From Octopus vulgaris (lineage: Eukaryota), in assembly GCA_951406725.2 (NCBI GenBank), contig OX597823.1, forward strand, positions 39,928,001 through 39,992,000: a stretch of 64,000 nt of DNA. Reading direction: 5' to 3'. Below the pieces are notes generated by a model. The model was not told the DNA's origin, ran no database searches, and was given only the letters and a program-made list of their open reading frames with translations. Below, piece by piece: positions 36,379 to 51,127 of this stretch; the first letter of the stretch is position 1, and the number at the start of each line of letters is the position of its first letter. The translations under genes were made by a program, and so were the position numbers.

Positions 36379-37608
36379 CTGTAAAAACCCATGTAATTTG
36401 CACACCTGTATAACTTATGCAGGTGATTTTCAGGATAAAATTTGTTATAAAGTAGTTTCTACTCATGTCAAATTTGCACCCAAAAGTTTTCAGAATTGCT
36501 GATATAGCCAGGGGAAAAACGTTTTCAATTTAGTTGTATTTAGCATAATTTCATGTACTTATAATTAGATTTTATTAAATTTTCATCAAATAAAAATAGT
36601 TTCTGTTCAACAGGTATCACATTGAAAACTATTAAATTACAAAGGGTTTGTATTGTTTAGAAAAAAATTTATTTTGCATTTCTTGCCCACAAGTGATTAT
36701 GTCTGATCTTTAGCATACTGCTGTATGTCTTCTCAAATCACAATCACTGGAAAAGACGTTGATATGAATTATCAACAAAAGCAAAGCTGATAAATATGCA
36801 CAGGTGTTGCAAATTAAGTTTAATTACCAATAAACATCAGCTTGGATGATACTTTACTCAACCAACAGAGGAAGCTGACCGATCAAACTTATTATGTAAA
36901 CAGAATTCTTTTCTGTCTATTCTTGTCAGAACCTTTGGTATGGAGTATCAAAATTTTAATCCCTTTCACACTTATAAAATGTGAAGCAAGCTTTAAAATT
37001 TGTCATTACCATTATTGTCAGTATGAGCAGAACTCATGAATCGTTTACTGCAAAGGAGAAATGAAACATACAGAATATGCATTTGAATGTAACAATAGAT
37101 CTGCCGGAAGGCATTTTAATTATTCATGAAGCCAATGTTCGAAATTGGTGTAAACAGTACGACAAACTTAAAACTGTGCCTAGTAATAAACAGACAAAAA
37201 TAAAAACATACAATAAAGATTATCCATATCATTACATTTTTTTCAGGTGTGATAGGTATGTAAAATATGGCCCAGACTGTGTTTACCAGTATGAATGTCA
37301 GACTTCAAAAAGTAGTTAACCATTTAATGGTTTCAGTAAATTTATACAGAAAAAGTAAGTATTATACTGTTCAGCATAAATAAAAGTCAAACTTCATTAT
37401 ATAAAGCCCTTATTTTTTTCTTTAAAAACCTATACTGACATTAAATGAGCCAACTTCCGGTACAGACGCTTACGTTTTGTATGTCTTTGTAACAAAAAGA
37501 ATTTCAAAAAAAATTCTGGCAACACTCTACTCATGTAATTTATGCACATGCTAAAGTTTATTTTTATTTTTGCAAAGAAAAGTGCATAAATTACATGGGA
37601 TTTTATGG
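36379..37608 (+). mobile_element. Non-autonomous pogo/Tigger-type DNA transposon (~1.23 kb) with transposase N-terminal remnant
   Basis: TA-flanked TIRs CTGTAAAAACCCATGTAATTTGCAC (from 36379) and reverse-complement CCATAAAATCCCATGTAATTTATGCAC (ending 37608). 37023-37195 reads, with frameshifts, MSRTHESFTAKEK/HTEYAFECNNRSAGRHFN/IHEANVRNWCKQYDKLK, a Brinker-type HTH as in POGK-like transposases. Confidence 0.8.
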
Positions 37609-37879
37609 TAATCAAACAATCAATTAGCTAACTGGTTTAAATGGTTAACCAATTAACAAATAAAAAAAAAATGATATAAAAAAAGGTGAAATAGAACTAG
37701 CATGTCCTTACTATTAGCATAATGACCCTCCTGAGATACAACAACATCTCATGAGGATATCAACTTGGTGCTGCAGTGAGGGTGTATTATGGCAAGGTTG
37801 TTATTGTGACATGTGGTGTTACTCTTGTTGCTTTTGTGATGATGCTGCTGCTGCTAATACTACTACTACAAATAATAAG

Positions 37880-38415
37880 GCAGTGACTCTCATGGCTTCT
37901 GATCTTAACTGATTGGAAGTGTTATCATGTACATTGTGTTGTCTTGGTATAAAAGATGGGCTACATCAAATATTCTGCTCAATACCACAGATTTGCTTGT
38001 CAGTTGTTTGACCATAACCATTTGAGCATGTCCCTTAGTAGCTGACGATATGTGCATCTCTGATCATGAGCAGAAGTAGTGGGGGGGCATCATAGCCATG
38101 TGTTGAGAGGGATTCTTTAGGGTTTGAATAATTCACCTCTGGAAACATGGGTGTTTCGTTCAACATCCTTAAACAACCCTTATTCAGGGACCTTTTGAGC
38201 GGGATGGGCTACTTGACCAGAAGAAAATTTTAACTGGGCCCCACCTGCAAGGTCATGTGCTGTTTATCTTGATATGAGATCACCATGTCATGCACATATG
38301 GTTGTGATGCATGTGCCTGGTGTACCCTTATCAGACGGGTAGTCATGATGGGTATACTGGGCTTCGTATATTTTACCCCAGTGTCACTTTGATGGCATGC
38401 ACTGCTCTCTCACTC
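37880..38415 (+). mobile_element. 5'-truncated retroelement 3' end with (AAT)n tail (family E; candidate Dong/R4 3' UTR)
   Basis: Highly similar to 53006-53472; both end CTCTCTCACTC(AAT)n and begin at different 5' points next to AAT repeats. Confidence 0.7.
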
Positions 38416-38473
<58 letters not shown>

Positions 38474-38939
38474 GGAAGAACAACAACAATACTTTGCTAA
38501 CAACAACAACAACAACAACTACAACAATTCGCACAAGGCCTGAAATTTCGGGGAGGGGGATTGTTGATTACATCAACCCCATTGCTCAACTGATACCTAT
38601 TTTATCAATTCTGAAAGAATGAAAGGCAGCTAACCTTGGTAACAGACGAAAATACCACTAAGCATTTCACCCAGTGTGTTAATGATTCTGCCAGCTCGTT
38701 GCCTTAAAAATAATAATAATAATAATCCTTTCTACTAAAGGCACGAAGCCTGAAATTTGTCGGGGAGGCGACTAGTCGATCACATCGACCCAAGTGTGTA
38801 ACTGGTACTTAATTTATTGACCTTGAAAGGATGAAAGGCAAAGTCGACCTTGGCAGAATTTGAACTCAGAACATAGTGACGGGCAAAATACCACTAAGCA
38901 TTTCATCCAGTGCACTAACAATTCTGCCAGCTCACTGCC

Positions 38940-38984
<45 letters not shown>

Positions 38985-38997
38985 GTAATAATAATAA

Positions 38998-39281
38998 TCC
39001 GACCGTGGCCAATGCCAGCACCGCCTAGACTGGCTTCCGTGTTGGTGGCACGTAAAAAGCACCAATCCGATCGTGGCCGTTGCCAGCCTTGCCTGGCACC
39101 TGTGCCGGTGGCACGTAAAAAGCACCCACTACACTCACGGAGTGGTTGGCGTTAGGAAGGGCATCCAGCTGTAGAAACACTGCCAGATCAGACTGGAGCC
39201 TGGTGCAGCCTTCTGGCTTCCCAGATCCCCGGTCGAACCGTCCAACCCATGCTAGCATGGAGAACGGACGTTAAACGATGA
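38998..39281 (+). mobile_element. SINE-like family C with a variable internal ~60-90 bp tandem unit and (GAT)n-type tail
   Basis: GGTGGCACGTAAAAAGCACC units, TGGTTGGCGTTAGGAAGGGCATCCAGCTGTAGAAAC (V-domain-like by recall), end ACGGACGTTAAACGATGA. Copies at 1-92, 2693-3515, 4626-4886, 10890-11128, 33435-33735, 34600-35045, 35716-35945, 43370-43605, 48470-48660, 56165-56472 and 58452-58810. Confidence 0.8.
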
Positions 39282-40572
39282 ATAATAATAATAACAATAA
39301 TAATAATAATGATAATAATAACCTGATATACAGTTTTACTATTTGTTTTGTAGTTTATGTGAGAGACAACTATTGTTTTTTTTGTTATTTCTTTGTTTAA
39401 TGCAGAGTTTTTACATCAATTGTAGGTGGTAGTGGTGGTCATGGTGGAGTATCATGTTGTTCCTAGTTCACAAGAAGAGGCTGGCTATGATTGGGGTGTA
39501 ATTGGAGTTTTTTTTTTTTTTTTTGAATTATTTACATGGCCTTGTTGACTGCATTTATAACTATTTAAAAAAATATTTTAGCAATCTAGGGAGTGGTCAA
39601 ATGGGGTTAAGATAATTCATAAACAAAATGACAGTTCCAATGTCGGATAACAAAGTTCAGCATTACACTGTACTAGGTAATTGTTAAGTAGCAGACAGGA
39701 AGCTTAGTGAAATAGTATATACTATATAAACAGTAGTATATGAATACTATATAAATAGTAATTACTAGACTGTTTGTCAGGATAGCAAAACACTAACATT
39801 GTTAAAGATAAAAAAAAAAGGATCTGAAGCTCATAGTTGTATGGCTGTTTGTTGCTCATTAGATTGTAATTAAGCAGTGCTAATGAAGGAAAGACAAATC
39901 CATAAATAAAATTCTGAAATGTAATATGACGTTGTTGTTGGTGGTAGTGGTAGTCATCCTTGACAACCACCACTGCCACTAACATCATCACCACTACTAC
40001 TACACCACCAGTATCACTACCGCTGCCACTGCCACTACCACCACCATCATCATCATCATCACTACTCCTGTTGGCGTTGTCATCATTAGTGGTGGCATCT
40101 TCATCAACATCATTGTTGTTGTTTTAATGTACATTTTTCCATGCTTGCAAGGGCCAGATGCTGTTCCTGTCACTAAACCTCTCCCTGTTACCAAGCAAGG
40201 TATTTCCTCTCGAGCCCTTCAAATATGAATAGCAGAATGACCAGACCTGACTTCACAGAAGACAGCAAACAACATAGATTAATTCCTCAAATGTAATGCT
40301 TATTCATTCACATTGTTTTGAATTTATCATGCATTATCTTGTAGCTTCAAAATTCTAATGACATGATTGTGTACTTTTAGAACGACACTGTAGAGTTGGT
40401 GTGAGAAGCCAGATCTAGCCAGTTTGAACAAAAACTGGTAAAATATTTGGGCCAGATATGGCCAGTTTAAATGCTAAAGGTTTAAATAATTTACTGTGAT
40501 GCATTTTGTTTTGTATCTTTTAATTTTTGTCTCCCTGAAGTAGAGAGAATAGATGCAAATATATTGAACAAT

Positions 40573-40965
40573 GGGCATAGGAGTGGCTGTGTGGTAAGCA
40601 GCTTGCTTACCAGCCACATGGTTCTGGGTTCAGTCCCACTGCATCGCACCTTGGGCAAGTGTCTTCTACTATAGCCTCAAGCCGGCCAAAGCCTTGTGAG
40701 TGGATTTGGTAGATGGAAACTGAAAGAAGCCTGTTTTATATATGTATATATGTATGTGTGTGTATGTGTTTGTGTCCCCAACATCGCTTGACAACCGATG
40801 GTGGTGTGTTTATGTCCCTGTAACTTGGCAGTTTGGCAAAAGAGACCGATAGAATAAGTACTAGGCTTACAAAGAATAAGTCCTGGGGTCGATTTGCTCG
40901 ACTAAAGGTGGTGCTCCAGCATGGCTACAGTCAAATGACTGAAACATGTAAAAGAGTAAATGAGT
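40573..40965 (+). mobile_element. SINE family A (full length)
   Basis: Full match. Additional copies or halves at ~130-345, 11975-12170, 16500-16695, 32170-32600, 33740-33925, 43878-44300, 47325-47695, 56850-57060, 57330-57590, 58208-58350, 59270-59960 and 61380-62210. Confidence 0.9.
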
Positions 40966-41250
40966 AATGGTTTCATGGTTAAGAATTTCACTTTGCAATA
41001 ACAAGGTTTTTTGGTTGAGCCTCACTGTGCTCTACTGTAGGAGGAGCACATGCCTTATGTAAATGTCACAGGTTGACAAAAACCTTGTGTAGGGATTTTT
41101 GCAGAAAGAAACTAAAGATAAGTCATTTGTACATATATACATCTGTATGTGTGTGTATGTGCATGTGTGGGACCAAACTCAAAACTGCATAGTTGTAAAG
41201 CAAGCTTGTTAACCTCGCAGCTAAGCATGCACCTATTGATATAATAACAA

Positions 41251-41481
41251 AAGGCGGTGAGCTGGCAGAAACGTTAGCATGCTGGGCGAAATGCGTAGCC
41301 GTATTTCGTCTGCCGTTACATTCTGGGTTCAAATTCCGCTGAGGTCGACTTAGCCTTTCATCCTTTCGGGGTCGATGAATTTAGTACCAGTTACACACTG
41401 GGGTCGATGTAATCGACTTAATACCTATGTCTGTCCTTGTTTGTCCCCTCTGTGTTTAGCCCTTTGTGGGTAGTAAAGAAA
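41251..41481 (+). mobile_element. SINE family B with perfect 13-bp TSD
   Basis: GATATAATAACAA at 41238-41250 and 41482-41494. Further copies at ~1535-1740, 32600-32805, 35363-35550, 38530-38940 (two), 44325-44495, 52440-52720, 53512-53720 and 60410-60745 (two). Confidence 0.9.
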
Positions 41482-44400
41482 GATATAATAACAATAATGA
41501 TCTAAATAATATCTTCTGTGGTGTTGACTGAACATGTTGGTAGAGACATGGGCGAAACTGTGCCATAGAGAAGACTCTACAAAGACATAGAAGAGTTCAG
41601 GTGTGGCAGCAAGGGTTTTGAATGGATTTATTTGTGTGACTGCAACAGCTGGTAAAGAACATATTATATTTAGAACACTTTAAAACATTGAGTGTAGATG
41701 ATAATTAGTGTGGTGTGTGGGTGGATGGGTTGGGTGCAGGGAAGAGGAATTATGTTGTGTTAAAAGAAAATATGAATGGGTCAGAGGTAGTTGTAACATC
41801 TTGACTGGTATTTGAGGGAGGGGAGGGGTTAGGAGCAGTACGAATTGTGAAAGAGGGGGAGGAGAGCGTGGTAGGAGGTGAAGATGTGAAGTAGTGGTAG
41901 TAGGAGGTGAAACAGAAGTATAAAACAAGATGTAGAGTAAGAAAGTTGAAAGGAGAAGATACAGAGCATCAAGAAAAAGCTAACAACAATCAACATTCTA
42001 AAAATTCTTTGAAAAGCTAGTATTTTGAGTGAAAGTTGTTTGTGTGTTACATGTTTATAGTTTGCAATGGCTGTATGCCCTAAAATTTTCAACATAGTGG
42101 CATGCATACACAATATCAAGAGATTATAAATAGAGAGAAAATTAGTGAATGGCTGATGGCTTCTTAAGTTAATGAATATATTTGGGTGTTAACCAGAAAC
42201 TGCCTCTATCTCTGCCTCACTAATATTTCCCTTCTCTGTATTCATTTAAATATACATAAATGCACAGATATGAATTTTTAATTGGGTATGTATGTGCACA
42301 AATTCCTTAATCTTGTCACAGAAAAATCTGAATATTTGTGGTTATTTAATCCTTTTGTTACCATATTTCCACTGAAATACACTGACTTTGTTTTAATTAA
42401 TTTTGAAAATAACAAAGAATTTAGTAAAATAATTTTATCAGTTAAGCTGGTGCTTGAAACAAAAATATCAACATGAAATTTTGATGGAAAGTTTTATATA
42501 GGGACAGGCATGGCTGGGTGGTAAGAAGTTTGCCTCCCAACCACAAGGATCTGGATTCAGCCCAAGTGTGTGTGGCACCTTGAAGTGACCCTCTACAAAG
42601 CTAATCAATACAGAAGTCTCACCTATGCGACTTGTTGAAAGACAAGTAATTTGTTATAGCAGCTGACACTACAATGGTTGTGGTTACAAGTTGTACGCCA
42701 CATCTTATACATGTGTCTACTATTATCTTAAGCTAACCAGTGTCAGAGTCCTAACTATGGATTAATTAGCAAGTCATGGAAGTGTCTCCAGAAGAAGGTC
42801 ACTCAGAGACACCTTAACAGACCAAGAGCAGATGAGGCCCTCCATATAAATCCTACATTCTGATAATTATTGAACTTGTGGCACTTGTTGAACCAGGACA
42901 ATAAAAGTTTGAAGGATAAAAGAGTGGGACTGTCTCTAATATAATAATAAACCCCTGCTGTTGTATAACACTGCAAAGAGTTAAGATGGGTCATCTAAAT
43001 GGGAATAAACATAAATAAAAACAAATAAACAACTCTTTTGATACCAACCTGCCCATGATCTGAGACCACACCTGGTTTTATGATACAAACTTCCAGTTGT
43101 GATCTGAATTAAAACCTTTTTGATACAAACCATCCCAAGGCTGCCAGTTTTAAAGTAATGTAAAAGTTTTCATCAAAATTTCATGAGGATTTATAATCTA
43201 AACAGCTGCTTCATAAGTTTTCTTTTTTTCTCTCGATTGTTTGATTATTAAGTATAAACATTTCAGCACCACCCCTATTAGATTTCAGGTGGAATATATT
43301 ATAATTCAAAGTGATGTGCTGGCAGAATTGTTAAGTTATCAGACAAAATGTTTAGCAGAATTTCTTCTGGCTCACCATGTTCATGTAAAAGTGCCTGTGC
43401 AGTGCTAAATAAAAGTGTCCATGCAGTGCCATGTAAGAGCACTCGCTACACTCGGTGAAGTGGTTGGTGTTAGAAAGGGCATCCAGCCATAGAAACCATG
43501 CCAAATCAATCTGGAGTTTGGTGCAGCCCCCACAGCTTACCATCTTTGGTCAAGCTGTCCAACCCATGCCAGCATGAACAATGGATACTAAATGATGGTG
43601 ATGATAATGAAATGTAGAATATTTCGTCTGAAGAAGTGTAATGAAATGATTAAGGCTCCAGTTACTCTTAAACTATGAACCTTGATCTACTTTGCTCCCT
43701 ACAAAAGAATACAGTCTAACCTCATCAATAAATTGCAACTGGCTTGTCAAGTTGATATTTTTTTTGTTTTTTTTTTTTACCTTGAGCCATAGGACTAGTT
43801 TTTGTTACATATAAGTGACCAATATTACAACATTCCCCCTGTAGCTGGGTTCAAGGCCTGAAATGTTTAAGGAGATTCTTTTATTCTTTTACTTGCTTCA
43901 GTCATTTGACTGTGACCATGCTGAAGCACTGCCTTAAAGGGTTTTTAGTTAAAGAAATTGACCCCAGGACTTATTCATTGTAAGCCTAGTACTTATTCTA
44001 TCAGTCTCTTTTGCTGAACTGCTAAGTTACAGGGACATAAACACGCCAGCATCGGTTGTCAAGTGATGGTGGCAGAGACAAACACATACACACACAAACA
44101 CACACACATATATGTATGTATATATAAATATCTATATGACAGGCTTCTTTTAGTTTCCGCCTGCCAAATCCACTGACAAGGCTTTGGTTGATCTAAGACG
44201 ACAATAGAAGACACTTACCCAAGATGCCATGCAGTGGGACTGAACTCAAAACCATGTGGTTGAGAAGCAAGTTTCTTACCATATAGCCATGCCTGCACCT
44301 GTTCACACAGTCACGCTTGCACCTATGATGGGGGTCAAATCAATTACATCAACTTAGTACTTGACTGGTACTTTGTTTTATTAAGGATGAAATGCAAAAC

Positions 44401-46489
44401 TGACCTCGGCAAGATTTGAAAGCTAAACATAGTAAGCCAGAAGAAATGCAACTATGCATTTTGTTTGACAACTTAATTCTGCCAGCTCGTCACATTGAAT
44501 TTACAATATATTCTACCTGAAATCTAATAAGGGTGGGGCCGAAATATTTATACTTAACAATCAAACAAATGAGAAAAAAAAGTAGTTAATAAGAAACGTT
44601 TGCTAAGCAGTCCAGTAACCTTGCACTAACTTGCTTCCTATTTTACAATGACCAATAATAATAACAGTCACTAGCCACTACAACATGGCAGTAATATGAT
44701 CCATCCTTAACAACAAGAACAATATCAGGTCTATTAAACAATACCCAATAATCAATGACATCAGTAAAAGATGTCTTTGATCAAATAACATTGTGTGTTG
44801 TCAATATAGATGACCTCTATGACCAATGAAATCACTTAACATGATGCTAAACATGGTCACTCGAGCTAATACAGGATCACAATGCAATAACAGCTCATTA
44901 GGCTAATATATAGAATATTAATTATGGCATGAATAATAACCACTCTGACCATCAGTACACAAAGCTAACTTAAATATGGCCATTGTAATAAAACAGAAGA
45001 GTAACCTTTATCATTGAGGACAGATCCTATTGATTTTTGTATATTTGTTCAAACTCCATAAGAGTGTAGTGTCCAACATACATTACATTAACAAATATGT
45101 TGCCAGTCTTGAAAATATAATTACAGACATAAAGCAAACTGTATAGATGAATATTAAGATCCCTCACACCTTCCCTTATTCACAACACCCACCCTTCCCA
45201 ACCTCTACAAGTGCCACCTGCTCTTCCCTACCTCCCCTACATACCATCCACTTGACATTTGTTCATTATACATTGTAATCACTGCTCCACCCATACTTTA
45301 TATCTCACTTTCTCATACAATCTAGCAACCTCCATCTAGTCACATTCCAGGTTTTTCTGCTTCCAATTTTTTCCACACCTTGAAGGCACACACCCAAACA
45401 CCTCACCACCACTACTTTTATAACTTACCCCATTCTACCCTAATTACCCCCACCCAACCTTTCTTCTATAGAGTAGCCTGTGGCTCTTCTCAAGCAAGAA
45501 ACCTTTTCGACTGTTGCCACTTGTCTCATACTTTAACACCTCATCTCCTTGTGCAAAGTTGGCTCTCTTGAGGTTTGTAATTGTATGAATACAACAACCA
45601 GTACACACTGAAAAGTGGTTGTTATTAGGAAGGGCATCCAGCTGTAGAAACCATATTAAAGCTGATGCCAGAGCATGATGCACTCTTTGACCCATTGAAG
45701 ATGACAGAGAATACTCTCAAGCTACAAGAAGGTGTGAGAAAGAATATGACCAGAGAAAGGAGAGCTGTGGTGGGTTAGTTTACAAGAATCAAGGAGGAGA
45801 GTGGAAAGTGGTTAGGGATGAGTGTAGAGGTTAATATTGATAATAATGAGCAAGGATGGATGTGTGGTTGATAGTAAACATCAATATGGAGGAGAAGGTA
45901 AAATTAAGAGCTTGGAAAGGAGGAGGTGACAGGTGACAATGCAAAAACCAGTAGGAGAGTAGCAGTATAATATGCTTAGAGATAGATCAGAAAATATGGA
46001 AAACCTGACGATAGATCAGAAAATAAGGAGATCGAGGTGGGAGAATGGAAAGAGAGAGATATACATACACATACAACAGGCTTCTTCACACTTTGCCTGA
46101 ACCAAATTTATTCACAAGACAACATTGGTCAGTCTAGGGTGAAAGAAAACACTTGCCCAAGATGTGACATACAGTGGAACTGAACTTAAATGCACACAGA
46201 TGCAAAGCAGCCTTCTTAACCACATAGCCATGCCAACACCTGGTACAGAATGAAATACTTCTAACAACTATTAACCACTTTACACAGCAAAATATAATTT
46301 AATAAACAAAGAATTCATTCTAAATTTTTTTAACAGGTGATTCTTGTATGGTAGTTTTGGCAAGGCCTGTTGTGAACTGACAAGAAACACAATATTGGAT
46401 AAAACTATCTAGATTTTCAAGATTAAACAACCAATGAATAGTTCCAAATGCAAGTAGGAGACAGTTTTCAAACTTTGGTTAGCTCTATG

Positions 46490-46822
46490 CGGCACTCTGC
46501 CGATTACGATGATGAGGGTTCCAGCTGATATGATCAATGGAACAGACTGCTCGTGAAATTAATATGCAAGTGGCTGAGCACTCCACAGACACATGTACCC
46601 TTAATGTAGTTCTTGGAGAGATTCCGTGTGACAAGGCTGGCCCTTTGAAATACAGGTACAACAGAAACAGGAAGAAAGAGTGAAAGAAAGTTGTGGAGCT
46701 TTAGGTGTTTTCGCTCAATAAACACTCACAATGCCCAGTCTTGGAACCGAAACCGCAATCCTATCACCACGATCTAATGACCGTGAATCTGCTGCCATAA
46801 CTACTGGGCCATTGCACCTCCA
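46490..46822 (-). mobile_element. Another tRNA-headed SINE (family F)
   Basis: Minus-strand head GGAGGTGCAATGGCCCAGTAGTTATGGCAGC...GGTTTCGGTTCC, degenerate A and B boxes. Confidence 0.55.
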
Positions 46823-47071
46823 TGGTTAGTTCTACACTGACACTGATTAGTTAGAGAGGGTGAGGTGGGGGTGGGGTTAAACTCTGACTTTAATGAATAT
46901 CATTTAACACAGACTAATTCATTAAGATTTGAAATATTTAAATTAGTTTCAAACATAGCTGTGTGGTTATGAGGTTCACTTCGTAATCTCATGGTTTCAT
47001 GATTAGTCCCACTGCATCTCCCCTATAACTCTGGACAAATCAAAGCATTGTAAGTAGAGTTGACAGATGGA

Positions 47072-47104
<33 letters not shown>

Positions 47105-47109
<5 letters not shown>

Positions 47110-47300
47110 TTCAAACATGAACAAAGAGAGAATACAACAACGTGAGGACGTGGAACAAGTATAGTGTTATTGGACGTTCAGAAAGGGAAAGAAAGAAGGA
47201 GGATTTAATGTTTCGAGCAGAGCTCTTCATCAGAAACATAGAAAAAGAATGGTCCAAGGAAGGGAAGACAGAGAAAGAAAATCACCAACGATACACACGC
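47105..47300 (-). mobile_element. Second copy of the same pLTR-like element with an intact minimal hammerhead core
   Basis: Minus strand 47238-47202 reads gttt-CTGATGA-A-GAGC tct GCTC-GAAAC-ATT-aaat; flanked by (TA)n. Confidence 0.62.
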
Positions 47301-48693
47301 GATATATATATTATATAAGAGCAGTTATGGCAGTGTGGTAAGAAGCTTGCTTCCCAACAACATGGTTCCAGGTTCAGCCCCCTGCATGGCAACTTGAGCA
47401 AGTGTCTTCAGCTCTAGCCTTGGGCCAACTAAAGCCTTGTGAGTGAATGTGGTAGACAGAAACTGAAAGAAGCCCGTCATAAGTATATAATTATGTGTAT
47501 TGGTTTTTGTTCCTACTATTGCTTGAAAATCAATGCTGGTGTGTTTACATCCCACGTAACTTAACAGTTTGGCAAAAATGACCGATAGAATAAGCACTAA
47601 GCTTACAACGAATAAGTCCAGGGGTTGATTTCTTTGACTAAAATCCTTTAAGGTAGCACTACAACATGCCCGCAGTCAAATGAATAAAAGAATATATCAG
47701 AAAATTGAGATAAACGTTTAAGTTCCCTACATACATTTCACCATTGCAGTTATTTGTAACACAGCATTGGATGTTCCAAGTACATTCGGATGTGTAATAG
47801 CAATGGATCATCAAAGGAACATTTCATTGCATTCAAAACATGCAATGCTGAGTCTCAAGTAATTGCAAAGAACAAATAGTTTATCCTAATTTCCTCCTAC
47901 ATAATACGTTCTGTATATCCTAACTAGTAATACTGCCAGGTAAATTGGTAGACTAACCAGTATACTGGATAATAGTGATAATCCACCTGGAACCTCTTAC
48001 TGATCTATTAGTCATACATCTAACAGTGCACAAGTGTTAAAAGTCTCCATAGTTTTGTGTGTGAATGTGAACAGAAAATAATGACACAGGAAGTCAGGTC
48101 ATAAAAGTTTTTAAAAAAATAATTAAAAGATATGTATTTTATTGAAATATAAATAATTGAGTTTAAGGGTGAGGTTATAAGTTTATATATATGACTGAGA
48201 AATATTCTATACAACTACTACAACTATAGTAGTAGTAGTAGTAGTTATTGTTGTATAAAACATGTCACTTAATAGTATGACTTATTTACAAGGAATGATA
48301 GCCGCAATTTATGTAGTGGCAATACAAGTAGGTGGGTAAAGACTCACAATATCTACTTGTTTATCTTATCTGTCCCCCACTTTATATCTGTATATATCTA
48401 TAAGTGTGTGAATGTGTACACACTCAGACACACACACACACACACATATATATATGTATGTATGTATCATTATCATCATCGTCATTTAACATCCATGTTC
48501 CATGCTAGCATGGGTGAGATGGTACAAGAGCTGGCCAGACTGAAGCCTGCACTAGACGTCTGTGACTGTTTTGGCAGAATTTTTACAGCTGGATGCCCTT
48601 CCTAATACTAAACACTCAGCAGAGTGGACTTAGTGCTTTTTATGTGGCACAAGCACAAGGGAGATCATGTATATATATATATATATATATGTA

Positions 48694-49514
<821 letters not shown>

Positions 49515-49535
49515 ATATATGGTTTTTTTGTATAG

Positions 49536-49688
49536 ACGCAGGAGTAGCTGTGTGGTAAGTAGCTTGCTTACCAACGACATGGTTCCGGGTTTATTCCCAC
49601 TGCATTGCACCTTGAGCAAGTGTCTTCGACTATAGCCTTATGAGTGGATTTGATAGACAGAAATTGAAAGAAGACCGTCCTATACATG

Positions 49689-49722
<34 letters not shown>

Positions 49723-49945
49723 CGTATATGTTTGCGTGTCTGTGTTTGTCGCCCCAGCATCGCTTGACAACCGATAGTGGTGTGTTTATGTCCCCGTAAC
49801 TTAGCAGTTCGGCAAAAGAACTGATAGAAGAAGTACTAGGCTTACAAAGAATAAATCCTGAGATCGATTTGCTCGACTAATGGTGGTGCTCCAGCATGGC
49901 TGCAGTCAAATGACTGAAACAAGTAAAAGCGAAAGAGAGAAAGAT
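49536..49945 (+). mobile_element. SINE family A
   Basis: Full match; inverted relative to 50620-51043. Confidence 0.88.
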
Positions 49946-50619
49946 ATATATATGTGATGGCTGCAAACTTGTGTGTGAGTACTGTCATCACCTGATCGAA
50001 AGTCCCACACATGTGAAGGCTACAATCAACCATTTTTGTGATAAGTCTTACTTTCTTTTTAAGTGATGCCTGTGAATGATGATGTTTTTTATAATGGGAA
50101 AAGGATTTGCATAAATTCAATCCCACTCTCTAAACATGGACGACATAATATTAGTTATTGTAGTATAAAATATGTCATTTTAATAATACATGACATATTT
50201 ACAACGAATAATAGCCACAATTTATGTAGTGGCAATACAAGTAGGTGGGTAAAAACTCACAATATCTACTTGTTTATCTTATCTCACTCTTTATATCTAT
50301 ATATATCTATAAGTATGTGGGTATGTATGTGTGTGTGTGTATTTGAGTGTGTGAATGCACACACATACACACACATACACACACACACACATATATGGTT
50401 GGGAAAGGATTTGCATAAATCCAATCCCACTCTCTGAATATAGACAATATAAACTCGAAAAGAAGAACTAGTCTACATCATCGAATATTGTCAGTGTTGC
50501 AGGTTTTCTCCCAGAGTTTCCCTGTCCTAGAGAGATGTTGCGATAACAACAGAGGGGCCTCCCACTTCCAGTGGGCCAACAGTGCACCTGAGCAACAACT
50601 CAGGTATTTTCACGTCCCT

Positions 50620-50799
50620 GTGCTTGACTGTGGTCATGCTGGAGCACCAACGTTAGTTGAGAAAATCGACCCCAGGACTTATTCTTTGTAAGCCTAGTAC
50701 TTATTGTATCGGTCTGCTAAGTTACGGGGACGTAAACACATCAGCATCAGTTGTCAGGCGATGTTGGGGGGACAAACACAGACGCACAAACACACACAC

Positions 50800-50873
<74 letters not shown>

Positions 50874-51043
50874 GATGGACTTCTTTCAGTTTCTGTCTAC
50901 TAAATCCACTCACAAGGCTTTGGTCAACCCAAGGTTATAGTAGAAAACTCTTGCCCAAGGTGCCACGCAGTGGCACTGAACCCGGAACCATGTGGTATGT
51001 GGTTCATAAGCAAGCTACTTACCACACAGTCACTCCTACGCCT
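50620..51043 (-). mobile_element. SINE family A
   Basis: Match, with the 3' tail truncated. Confidence 0.85.
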
Positions 51044-51045
51044 AT

Positions 51046-51127
<82 letters not shown>

